From positions 77,066,001-77,130,000 of the forward strand of contig NC_042998.1 of the NCBI RefSeq assembly GCF_006345805.1: a stretch of 64,000 bases of DNA, in the 5' to 3' direction. The translations under genes and the position numbers were made by a program. This DNA comes from Octopus sinensis (lineage: Eukaryota). This document shows, one piece after another, positions 26,430 to 38,203 of the stretch. The number at the start of each line of letters is the position of its first letter. The first letter of the stretch is position 1. The notes below the pieces were generated by a model. It was not told the DNA's origin and made no database searches. It saw only the letters and a program-made list of their open reading frames with translations.

Positions 26430-28560
26430 TAATGTGGTTAAAAGGAAGCCAGTTACATTGGGGGAAACTCAACAACCAAGTGTGATTAGCCCCGAAGCGC
26501 AACTTGAGTGGATAGGATGTGGTATGGAAGTACGGAGAATCCTAGATGAGAGTGAGAACTATTTAAGAAGCTAGAAGGGGAGCTTACGAAAGACACTGTG
26601 CCTGACATATTGGCCGCAAGATTGGCTTTTGAGCAATGAGAAGTACGGCGTGTGCTTGCTTTGGGACATGTGAGAACGAAAGAAGTTCGATGGGTCTAGG
26701 TGACAGAAGCGCAATATGGGTACGAAGTCAGAATTTGGTCCTTGACAGATTGAGATGTGTGCAAGTTGTACGATTCTAAGAACTTATGTACGGCTTTTCA
26801 GTCGTATTTTCGTTAAACGTACTGAGTTGATGACAGCTTAGATAAAATGGCCTGCTGCAACTCTCGGATACGGAGGCATAATTCTTTGGAAGGCACATTT
26901 CCTAGCAGATTTACCTACGACAAACTTCACTTCACACGATACATCATAGAAAAGGCTAGTTACAAATCTCGCATGGCTGGTGATCTGATCACTTTAAATC
27001 CATCAAACCTTCTCAGTAAGGTTTACCATCAGTACTTGGTGGATGTTTGCATGGCCACTGGTTTCGTACCCATCATTAGAGGTTGCATGAGTGCAATGGA
27101 CAGCGACACGTGCGCGGTCGTTATAGTAAGTCACCGTCTATGTGAACCGGTGATTGTTATACGTTTGATCATTCCCACCTTCCTCTTCGCGTACCTTCTG
27201 AATGTACTGACACTTCATCCACTATTGAGCAACCTAGTGAATTTCACAAGAGTTACTATGCAGTAAAGCCGTGTCAGTATATGATACGACTTCACTATAA
27301 TTGTGTCGGATATCAAAAATACCGACATTATCAGTACTGCTTTGAGGGTGTACGAAGCGGTGACAGGGGCAAGAATTAATCAAATAAAGTCGGCAAGCTC
27401 GCAGCCAGACACACTGAGATGCTGACAACATCATGGGGTGCTGGACTGACGGACTTGTTAAATTACTTGGAGTTTGGTTTGGTCCGATTTCCAGAAGGAC
27501 AAACACTGGGGCTTGATAACGAGTAAAATGGCAAGTCTCAACATGAAATGGTCCACGAGGAAGCTATTCCTGAAGATTGGGACGAATGTGGCGATCGTTT
27601 ACATTACATGTGACTGCCATGCTTGTCCCATCCTACCCTGCTTCATGGTTCACTTCTGTGGCGGGAACGAACGCTGCTGATCAGATGGTTCACGTGCTGT
27701 CAACATATGCTGCAAAGTGAGCTGGGTATTTCATGACAAATGGCAAGCAGTGGAGCGATGAGGTTGCATCTTCAGCGCTTAACATGGTTGTTACTCACTT
27801 CCCCACACTTCATTTCTTTGACAGAGCAGCAATCATGGATCAGCTGTAGATTGAAATATGATGCTTCGCATTTCGCGTATCATCAGGTGCTCACAGCTCT
27901 CAATCATTTGGACAAAGCAGTCAATGGAACTTCTACTATCAAGTCTATAAGGGATTAATGGCAGGAAACAGTGACGAACTTCTCGGGACAACCGATTGTT
28001 CTTTTCCGGAGGATTTCGATGGATAATTTCTACAGATCTACTATCCTGACAGTGCTATCAGGATGATTGGCCGTTTCTGGATAAACTCTAAAGGCATAAT
28101 AATACCATCAGCCAGTCATACCCATGGTGCTCGCGAAACGACGAAACTGTCATGCACGCACTCCTATGGTGCTGTTCGAGCATTGAGGACGTATATGAAG
28201 TTATATCGAATGAATGCTATCGCTCGCATGGCGGATCAAACCACAGTGAAAATCTCTAGACCGCCATCCTTTAACCGGCAAGTACAGGAATATCTTTTCT
28301 GCTTCGTAGTCATAACAAAAGAGGTGTTGTGGACGGGACTGTAAGGGCTGAAAGCAAACACCTCCTTAATCAAACCCTCATCAACGTCTTCAAGTTTGAC
28401 TTAAAAAGGAAGATGTGGCTAAGACGGTGTTGCTGCGTCTCAATAAATTTGTTGAATGTGGGTGAACATGGCAGTGATGACCGAATTGCGCCTGTAAAAT
28501 GGAGAGAGCAATAACTTAGAGGTGTCTCTCTCTAATGCTCATGGTTGGGTTGTTCCACGA
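26430..28560 (+). mobile_element. Highly decayed Helitron Rep/helicase remnant
   Basis: A higher-GC block. Frameshifted peptides follow Helitron motif order: TLNPSNLLSKVYHQYLVDVC; WSDFQKDKHW...KWSTRKLFLKIG; GDRLHY; ...GKQWSDEVASSAL; FSGQPIVL/SGGFRW (helicase motif III-like). Recognised by eye only. Confidence 0.55.
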
Positions 28561-29146
28561 ATAGTAAAGTTCCTTAGTTATCTGTGGGTAGTATTCGCAA
28601 TTTTTGCGGAATTTTTTCATCATTTTTCAAGGTATGTAGTTCATACGTACATATGTGAAATTCCACTTTCCTTTGTCATATTATTACCACAAATGATATT
28701 TGCTCCCTTATAGTTATTATTGTCATTATTGTTGTTGGTGACAACTTTTCTCATTCTTACTATACCATGCAAAAATGTAAAAGAAACAGCATCGCCTGGC
28801 TTAAATAATTCTTATGCGGAAACGTAAATTAATCTCGCTACCCACGACCTATGAGAAAATACTGTACATATGTTTAGAAATTTACGCGGGCTTCCTTTGA
28901 TTTCAGAATTGGCGCTTATATTTTCTCATATGGATTTTTTTATTGCGTAATTTATTTCTATAATCTCTTTGAAGTACTTCTCAATAATCAGAAAATCTTT
29001 ATAAATAATATTGAGGCTTCATAGATAATTACATGAATGCTTTTTTTGTATTATATGTTATGCAATAGTCTGTTTCCATCTTAATAATGTATCATAATCG
29101 CTTTCCCTAATTTATTTTCACAAAGACTCTCTCATCACTTTCTGAC

Positions 29147-29455
29147 TTGTTTCTGTTTCAAAGGATTAATCTACCATTATTATTTTACTGTTGCGAAGTA
29201 GATGGCACAACAGTCGAATTTCAACTAAAATTTTATGACGTATCTCGCTATTTTCTTTTAGATTGTGGCTTCAAAATCTTTAGTCAAGAAAATATATGCA
29301 TGTCAAATACAGGGCTTAATTCTGTCGACTGCACACTTCGTTTAAAATGTACGGAATTTGTAAAATCAGTATTGATATTGGATAGACGACAATACATGAG
29401 GAATAACCAATTTGAGTATGCATGCTGTGCGATATTTAATTTTATCTCTCGGTAA
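29147..29455 (+). CDS. 102-codon non-repetitive Cys-rich ORF, candidate exon 29262-29415
   Basis: Acceptor ttttcttttag|ATTGTGGC and donor TTTGA|gtatgc, reading DCGFKIFSQENICMSNTGLNSVDCTLRLKCTEFVKSVLILDRRQYMRNNQF. No homolog recognised. Confidence 0.25.
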   Translation: MFLFQRINLPLLFYCCEVDGTTVEFQLKFYDVSRYFLLDCGFKIFSQENICMSNTGLNSVDCTLRLKCTEFVKSVLILDRRQYMRNNQFEYACCAIFNFISR

Positions 29456-30173
29456 TCGCCATTTATATCTCATCGGGATTATATTTATATTTCAGTCCCC
29501 CAAGCCAATAAAATATGTTGCTGGCATGTATGGGAAATCAATGCAGACGCCAACACCTTCCCCTTGCAACTCTTTAATCAATAGGATGATAGATTAGCAA
29601 TGATGACATAATACAGATCGGATGTTCTACAGTGTTCAGTTTCTAGTTTCCATGCTCTTCACTAAACTTTCAATGAGGTTGGTTTAGTCAGTCACCCTAG
29701 CAGTACCATTCATGTACTGGGGTATTTACAAAGGCTATTTTTAAAATATATATTTTTTTGTTTTTCAAAATGGAAAGATATCACTGATGGCAATTCTATA
29801 TTTTGTATTACTAGTTAGATAAATGGAGTTGATGCGCGGTATGAAAACATGTACGGAAGGAGTATTCCAGAGAATGCTTGGGGTGAAAAGGCGAACACTT
29901 GTTGGATCGGCTAAATTGGGGTGGGGAGATTAAAAAGCTCATTAATTTATTGGAGAAGTTGATGTGCATTGCAAACATACATCTTTGTGAGTGAATGACT
30001 GGTGTGTTTCGGAAAATGAATCTTTGCTATTTTCTGATAAATCTGAAGCAGTGAGCTAATATAAGAAATAAATATCAATAATAGTAGGAGTGTTGGGCGA
30101 AACGGCAGAAATAATTGATGCTACAATAAATACCCTCTGCTACGTTTATTTTTGCCTGTATATATGAATGTAT

Positions 30174-30231
<58 letters not shown>

Positions 30232-30238
30232 GTGTGTG

Positions 30239-30301
<63 letters not shown>

Positions 30302-30531
30302 GTGTGTGTGTGTATATATATATATATAGATACTTTTAAAATCTTAGGAAATAATAAGTATTCCAGATTATCAGGACATTTACTATTTTACACTTTACTA
30401 ATGCAATGTAAATAGTATCAATTGTAATATAATGAATTTGAGATTTTACCAATACAACCGCGACTATTTCAGGATGACTTTATTGTATGGAATACACATA
30501 GAAAATTATATCCAATAAAACAATAATAATG

Positions 30532-32162
30532 AAATAATATAAGCATTTAAAAACCTACTATAAAATACAATAAAATTATTAGAAAAATATTTGAAAAATA
30601 TATATAACCTACCTATTATTAGTCTGTGGGGAAAGAAGATACTTTTAATCAACGCTACACGTGTTTCTGCGCTGGTCGAGTGTTTATTAAGGCTATACCT
30701 AATACATAAATCGACCAGTGCGTCCTCAAGCTATTTATCTTATTGTTATTATTATTAACGGATCAAAGTTAAAAATACAAATTATAAGTCATTTTAAATA
30801 GAAAAATAAGAATATGGATAAGAATATAATAAAAATATATAAATTACAAATATATTTTTTGAAATTAAAAAGATCTAAAAAGTTTCCCAGCATTAACCGT
30901 CCTTCAAAAATTCCAAAATAATAAATTCGACGGGTCTAATTAAATACATATGGGAGTTGAAATCTAATAAAACAGAATACACTCTTAATTAGAATATCAT
31001 TTGTAGAGCGAATTTATATAGAATAGGTAGTAAAACGTGCTTATTATGCACAACTGAGTTTATGAAAATATTCCAGTCGGGAGAGGTATTACTGAACAGT
31101 ATTGAAGAGAGAGGAACAGAATGCCCACATAAGAATAATTGAACGTATAATAAAATGAACATATATAAAATTATAACCGCCCCAGTATATAATCTCTTAA
31201 ACAATTATGAGGAAAATAGTTAAATGAAGTTATAATAGAATTTTATAGTATTATTAGATAAGGATATACCAGGAAAGAAGAATTTATTGAAGAATATTAC
31301 CTTAAAAGAAATAGACAGGCCACATTTAATCTAACATAAATATCTAAATCTTAAACACTATAAAAAAATTTAGTTACAGCTAAATTTCAGAGTATAACAT
31401 ATTTATAGTTATTATCTCTCCTTGAATTCAATCTCTCTAATATTATTAGTCTCAGAAAATTTTTCAAATTATTTTATTTTATTCATGTTATTCCCATAAT
31501 ACTTAGAGCATGACACAGGAACGGAAAGAGTAAACATTATGTCGATAAAAATTCTTCCGTTGTTAATATTTTTACTAGATTTTTTTACTACTTTTATTCA
31601 ATAAATTTATAACATATATAGTGGTTATTACTAAATAATCTTTTTAAAGAATATTAACTTGCGTTTGACATAAGAAATGGAAATTTATACTTTTATACAT
31701 AGGGGTAAATCTTGCACTAAATTATCCATTCCCGTAATGTTTATATAGATAGGTTGTAGGATTTGATGTGTTTATAATATAGCCGTTTAGGGTTTAGCAT
31801 TTTCTATATATATCGGTTTTGTAATTTTAGGTGTTCAATTTTTTAAAATTAAAAAAATTGCTTTTATACTTAAAAACTTTTTAAATATATTTATAATTTA
31901 TATGTTTTTATTATATTTTTATTCATATTCCTAATTTTCTAATTAAAATGACTTATAATATGTATTTTTAATTTAGATCTGTTAATAATAATAACAATAA
32001 GATAAATAGGTGGATTTATGTATTATGTATAGCCTTAATAAAAACCCGTTGATTAAAAATATCTGCTTTTCCCACAGACTAATAACAGGTAAGATGTACA
32101 TATTTTTCAAATAATTTTATTGTATTTTATAGTAGGTTTTTTTTAAATGCTTATATTATTTT
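30532..32162. mobile_element. Two inverted, AT-eroded Penelope-like GIY-YIG 3' fragments (tail-to-tail)
   Basis: 30532-30870 is a reverse complement of 31870-32162. The plus frame from 30903 reads FKNSKIINSTGLIKYIWELKSNKTEYTLN*NIICRANLYRIGSKTCLLCTTEFMKIFQSGEVLLNSIEERGTECPH, the PLE endonuclease C-terminal pattern. The minus strand at 31520-31740 gives a decayed equivalent (SARFTPMYKS...FLCQTQVNIL...NLLNKSS). Confidence 0.75.
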
Positions 32163-32420
32163 ACGGGCATATGGCGTAGTGTTTAAGAGCGCAGGCTACT
32201 AACCCCAAGATTCCGAGTTCGATTCCAGGCAGTGACCTGAATTATTATAATACTACTACTACTAATAATAATAATAATAACATCGAAAAATACATTAGGA
32301 ATGAGAACCCAGTTTCGAAATTTCCCCAAGACAATTGATGAAGTCTGGAGGGTATATCAGCCGAAACATTGTATTAACAGTAAATAAGATGAGAACAAAT
32401 ATCTGTCAGATGTAATAATG
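32163..32420 (+). mobile_element. tRNA-headed short element with a Penelope-type hammerhead motif in its 3' part
   Basis: A-box TGGCGTAGTGT (32172), B-box GAGTTCGATTCC (32215), an (AAT)n linker, then TTGATGA-A-GTCTG-gagggtatat-CAGCC-GAAA-CATT (32335-32370). Confidence 0.7.
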
Positions 32421-32653
32421 TAAATAATGTATATTACTTTATTATTATTTTATTGGACATAACTTTCTATGTGTATTCCATACAATATGGTTATCCTGAA
32501 ATATGAGTTGCGGTTCTCTTGGTAAAATCCCAAATTTGTAATAGTAATCATATATATATGTATGTATGTGCGTATGCATGCATGCATGCATGCATGTATG
32601 TATGTATGTATGTATGTATGTGTGTATGTGTGTGTTTATGTATATACATATAT

Positions 32654-32701
<48 letters not shown>

Positions 32702-32704
32702 TAT

Positions 32705-33170
32705 TTCGGTATTATTTGCCTAAGCGACACGGCGTTATCAATGCTATCTGGAAAGAAGAGTGTTATGGAATATATATAGATATTCTTCTTTCATTGATGT
32801 CATTGAATACGTAGACAAACATGCAAGGGATACTGATGGAACATTCCCATCAAAACATTTGCCAAGTGTGACAATAACAAGACTGATATTGTTGTTTGAG
32901 ACAGACAAGAGAGAGTATGTAACATCACAGAGACCAGCTGTCCTGCAGAGGTGGATATCTCTATGAAAATCAAGGAGAAAGTGGATAACTATGGCCAATT
33001 GCTTGGAACCATCCATCTTTTATATCCAGGTTACAAATTTAGTTTTACACTAATAATAATTGGTGCACCTACACTAATAATAACTGGCAATCCCGATAAG
33101 TTTAGATATTCAGAGAAGAAATCAACCAGCTAACTCGCACGTTATTCAAGTTTAAAATGTGACATTGTTT
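32705..33170 (+). mobile_element. REL-endonuclease LINE remnant
   Basis: YYLPKRHGVINAIW...WNIPIKTFAKCDNNKTDIVV*DRQERVCNITETSCPAEVDISMKIKEKVDNYGQLL...FTLIIIGA, matching the PD...E...K REL pattern. Confidence 0.7.
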
Positions 33171-33363
33171 TCGTTATCTACATTCCGATGATGGAGCTTT
33201 ATATATTTGTTAGTAACTAGTTCCTTCTTCAAACGAAGAATTTAAATAATTAAAACAGAAGCTAACATACATACATATATAAATATAAATATGTATGTAT
33301 GTATATATGTATGTATATATGTATGTATATATGTATGTATATATGTATGTATGTATATATATA

Positions 33364-33403
<40 letters not shown>

Positions 33404-33414
33404 CCCAACTTTGA

Positions 33415-33650
33415 CCCTCCATAAATCCCAAATTGTATCTTGGTATTTATGGAAGCAACTATCTTCGAAGACACATATTGTCGTTGAATGATCGAAAAGA
33501 GGAGTACTCAGCCGATAAATGATGAGGGATTGATCTTTGTGTTACTTGTCCGGTTTTCCAATATTTTTCTCTCGTTGTTTGCGTATTTAACTCGTTTGTT
33601 TTCGCACTTCGTATTGTTTACTGTCAGTGACGACCTGTACCCATATATGC
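33415..33650 (+). mobile_element. Penelope-LTR-like short repeat (same family as 24775)
   Basis: CATAAATCCCAAATTGTAT...TGATGAGGGAT...CCTGTACCCATATATGC, flanked by (TA)n. Confidence 0.6.
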
Positions 33651-33700
33651 ATGTATATATATATATATAAATATAAATATATATGTATGTATATATGTAT

Positions 33701-33834
<134 letters not shown>

Positions 33835-33845
33835 ATTCATATATA

Positions 33846-35811
33846 TAAGAAAGAAAAGAAATGTAAGAGTGACAGATAGCTTTTATGACAAAATGTATGG
33901 TGATATTAGGATCATATTACAGCATTACATCATCACAAATTAAATAAGCACCAATTTGACGATCAAACGATTGTACACGTATGTGGAGAAAACTTTTGGG
34001 CTGTCAATAGGACGCCATATTTGAAAAAAGTGGTCAGAGATGAAACAATATGTCAAAGGGAGCAACTCTTATTTTTTCCTGAAGCTCTTCGGTGGTTTTG
34101 ACAAGCAAATATCGGGAATTAGGCTGGCCACGAAAGCAGCACCAACCATTGCCAACCTCACAATGGGATTCTTAGAGAAAACGTATGTCAGAATTCATTG
34201 CAAAAATTTGGAGACTCTCTCGCCCAGTACATTAAAGAGAATTGGAAGAGATACCTGGATGACTGTTTAATACTCTGGAATAACAACTTAAACAAACTCC
34301 TAGAATTTAAAGCACTTCGGAACAGCATCCACACAAGCATTCAATTCACAATGGAATACAACGAGGAGGCACTTCCATTCCTAGACATTCTAATTAAAAA
34401 AACAAACAACAACAAAAGCGAAACAGGCATCTTTTATAAGACAACAGATGCAAAACAATACCTTCTCTTTAGCTCTTGCCATCCTAGACACACAAAGACA
34501 AACATCCCCTTCAACCTTTCAAAAAGAATCTGCACTATTGTCTCAGAGAAAAAAAAAACTAGAGATCTAAGACTACGAAAACTGAAAACATCCCCCTGGA
34601 TAGACACTACCCAATGCAACTCATTAATGAAGGAAGAAAACCTGCCAAATCTATCAATACCGTGACATTAAAAAAAACCAAAGACATTAACAAACCTCTC
34701 CTTAAAACATTACCCTACATTTCTACATACAACTCCAGAAACAAGAAGCATTCAGCACAATCATACAAAACCTACCAATACTACACAAGGACCCAAAACT
34801 AAAAAGAATTAAATTTGTCAAAAAAAAAATTGTCAAAAGCAGCAAACAACCTAAGTCATTAAAGAAACTGCTAACTAAAGCAAAATTATTCCCCTCCACA
34901 ACAAGCCCCAAAATAAATAAATGTAATGGCCTCAACTGTGGTACATGCCCCAACTGTTTGGATGGGTCAGAATACTATTTGAAACAAGAGCAACAGTTTA
35001 CAATTAAATCAAATTTCACTTGTGCATCCGAAATTCTGATCTACATAATCAGATGCCAGGGCTCTGAGAAAGACTATATCGGTAGCACGGGGAATTCTAT
35101 CCGTCAACGTTGTACGGTGCATCGTCAACAGGTAGCCTCATCACAATACCGCAAAATTTATCTCAGTATGTACGACGTATGTACGAAACAAATACAACCT
35201 AAATTCACTATTTTCCTGGACACCCATTCATATTCAAACCTGAGTCATGAGAGGTCCGACATGACTCTTATGGAGAAAGTATTTATATCTTGGCAATTGC
35301 TTTATCGTTCATTTTCTATTGGACTGATTTATTTCATTCAATTATAGAATTTCAACATATACAAAAAAGTTATATATGTATGGCAACCACAATTTTATGT
35401 ATAAATTACTGTTCATACTTATATTATATTACTAGAGAGAAAATGAGATGTTAGAGCATAAAATATTTGTATATACACTCATTCACACATTACTGTTTCA
35501 TCTTTAAATCCTAGTACGGTAATATAATTAACTGCGTATAAAATGATATGACCCCTGTAACTGTATGCTTGCCAAAAGCAATGAAAAATAAGAGTTGCGC
35601 CCTTCGACATATTGTTTCATCTCTGTTCACTTTTTTGAAAGATGGCGTCCTATTGACAGCAAAAAGTTTTCTCTATATAAGATGACAATCGTTTGATCGT
35701 GAAAACGGTACTTATTTAATTATTTGTAATGATGTAATGATGTAATATGATCCTAATATTACCATACATTTTATTATACAAATTTTCTGTGTCTCTTAAA
35801 TTTCCTTCTTA
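33846..35811 (+). mobile_element. 5'-truncated Penelope-like retroelement (RT plus GIY-YIG) with inverted terminal repeats
   Basis: RT: KQISGIRLATKAAPTIANLTMG, WKRYLDDCLILW, LPFLDILI, YLLFSSCHP. Endonuclease: CGTCPNC...NFTCASEILIYIIRC...YIGSTGNSIRQR. 33846-34079 is an inverted copy of 35582-35811. Frameshifts are present. Confidence 0.92.
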
Positions 35812-35837
35812 TGCATGCATGTATGTATGTATATATA

Positions 35838-35870
<33 letters not shown>

Positions 35871-35904
35871 GATGTATATATATATATAATATATATATAT
35901 ATAT

Positions 35905-35943
<39 letters not shown>

Positions 35944-36433
35944 AAGAGATAGTGGTGTCATTGAGACCCAAAGGTGTCAGGTAATGCTGAATAAGTGCTA
36001 TAGACAGACCATAGTTAAGTTCCAGATTCAGTAATATTGCAAATAAAGGGTTCAACATTGGTTCCATGTCTGTGTGAGTATATAAGAATTTTTGGCGTAA
36101 TAAGATAAAAAACCAAGGTTGTGTAGATTCTAGTGTATTTATAGATAGAAGGTCTTACAGCTCTTTCTAGGATATTTATTAATAATATCCCTTCATCGAA
36201 GACGGTGTGAGAGGAAAGTTAAGTCATGGTTAGTTTAGATGTGATACAAAATAGAGAGTGGGGTGGAGGAAAGAAAATAGATGCAAGAAATGTATGGGCA
36301 TTGAAGTTGTAAATCCATTTTATAGGCATAATGGTATAAATGCAATATTCCAATATCCTATGAGTAAAATCCAAAAGTCCAACAGAGTTTAATATGAGCC
36401 CTTCCAAATACAGAGTTTATAAGCAATGTATAT

Positions 36434-36483
<50 letters not shown>

Positions 36484-37535
36484 GCGAGCATGTATGTATT
36501 CCGGATTCCAATATGACTGTGGCATTCCTCCGTATTAATCGCTAAAATATATCTACGGAAGAAAATTCTGTTTAATTCATTAATCTTAGTGTAGCCCCAC
36601 TTATTGATTGTTGTGTAGTGAATACTTCTGGGAATTTTATTTTTTTTCTTCCGTTAGTAACATTGTGATCGCATTAAAGTTTATTGCGTACATTTCTTTC
36701 TTTCCTTGTTTTGACATTCTGTGTTGTAGATAGTTGACATGTGTTATATGGAGGTCGTAAACAACCAAAATGATTGTCTTGGCTTATGCATAAATCAGTT
36801 CATGTCATATCGTTACTGAAGCATTAGGTTCTTCCTTGCTTCATTATTAGAATGCTTTGTCTTCACATAGTGAGTAAGAAAACAGTAACTTGAGTCATTG
36901 TGGCATCAAGTAAACCATGATATATCTCGTTTGACTAAACAAAGAAATCAAATTTCTGAAGGCGGGTTGAACAGTTGATTAAACTTATCTTTTTTTTTTT
37001 TGCTGACCCTTATTTGAATTATATTTCTAGTTCCTTTTGTTTCGCTTCGGCACAGATACATAGATTTTTTAATGTTCTACGTCCACGTCGTTGAGTACTA
37101 ATGCATAAAGAAGTTTATGCCATTTCGGGGTCGATAAAACAAGTACAAATAAAGTACTAGGGTCAATTAACTTGCAGATATTTGTGATTTGAGTTCCAAT
37201 CCAGAAATGAGAAACGGCTGTGTGTATTCATACAAACTTCGAAACTTATTAATAGTAAGAAAAAGAAGAGTTCACAACACAAAAACAAATAAGTGGGGTT
37301 ACACTAATATTCATGAATTAAACAGAATTTTCTTTTTTGACATCCTTTGTGCGCTGATAAAACAATCTGATCAAGTGCTCTGAGTCAATAGTGTTGATTG
37401 CTCCCCTCTCTTCAAACACTGTTCAACATTTACCGAAATCAGAAACCATTATTTGAAAGCATGATAAAGCTAGTCATTCTATTTCGGATATGGACACATG
37501 TCTTCCAGCATGGAAACAAAGGAATGCATTTTCAG

Positions 37536-37590
37536 CTTTATTTACAGAGAAAGTTGCACGCCATAACGAATGTTTTGCAAATTTCCGTCT
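37536..37590 (+). CDS. Candidate internal exon
   Basis: gcattttcag|CTTTATTTACAG (alternative acceptor at 37548)...TTCCGTCT|gtaagt, reading (A)LFTEKVARHNECFANFRL. Confidence 0.25.
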
Positions 37591-37982
37591 GTAAGTTTAG
37601 AAAACGAGGTTTCAACCTTGTTCCCACGAATATTTACGGGCCCACAAAATTACTAGTGGGAAAGTTGTGAAACTGTGTTGAAAATTTTAAAAGATTGCAC
37701 CATACAATTTATAGTAACTCAATTATGAATAGTTGTTCAGTTGCACAGTTCAGAAGAAACTGGATTATTGAGTAGACAAGTGACTTAAAAGCCTTGCCCG
37801 TAAGCAGATTTATTTAACAAAAAGGGTCCTTATGTAAGAAAAGATTTGGAACCAATAATGCAGATTTAAGCTTCAACTGTCATCGATTTTCCTCATCTGT
37901 TATTGCTGTCAATAGAATATACACCACACATATCAATGTTTTTTTCTCTTTCATATTTCTGTTGTAATATTATACGCATAGA

Positions 37983-38203
37983 AAGGCGGCGAGCTGGCAG
38001 AAACGGTAGCATGCTGGCCGAAATTCTTAGCGGTGTTTCTTCTGTCTTTACGTTCTGAGTTCAAATTCCGCCGAGATCGACTTTGATTTTCATCCTTTGG
38101 AGGTCGATAAATTCAGTACCAGTTGCTTACTGGGATCGATCTAATCGACTGGCCCATTCCCTAAAATTTCGGGCCTTGTGCTTGGAGTAGAAAGGAATAT
38201 TAT
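37983..38203 (+). mobile_element. Full-length tRNA-derived SINE with a Deu/Nin-like central domain
   Basis: Head AAGGCGGCGAGCTGGCAGAA, B-box GAGTTCAAATTCC, then GACTTTGATTTTCATCCTTTGGAGGTCGATAAATTCAGTACCAG. Confidence 0.8.

Noticed and set aside
32005-32040. 28-bp dif/lox-like recombination site (TTTATGTATTATGTATAGCCTTAATAAA)
   Set aside because: The arms do not match XerC/D or Cre consensus. It lies inside an AT-eroded PLE fragment, so the resemblance is by chance.
30420-32160. Mitochondrial insertion (NUMT) or parasite organellar DNA, suggested by extreme AT content and an ND6-like LYTGAVIILYMFILL minus ORF
   Set aside because: No conserved 12S/16S or cox/cob motifs were found, and stops persist under the invertebrate mitochondrial code. 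The opposite strand translates to a Penelope GIY-YIG C-terminal region.
32163-32240. tRNA gene (also considered at 16244, 37983, 42930-43305 and 63464)
   Set aside because: A and B boxes are present but no complete cloverleaf or acceptor stem is evident, and each continues into a SINE body.
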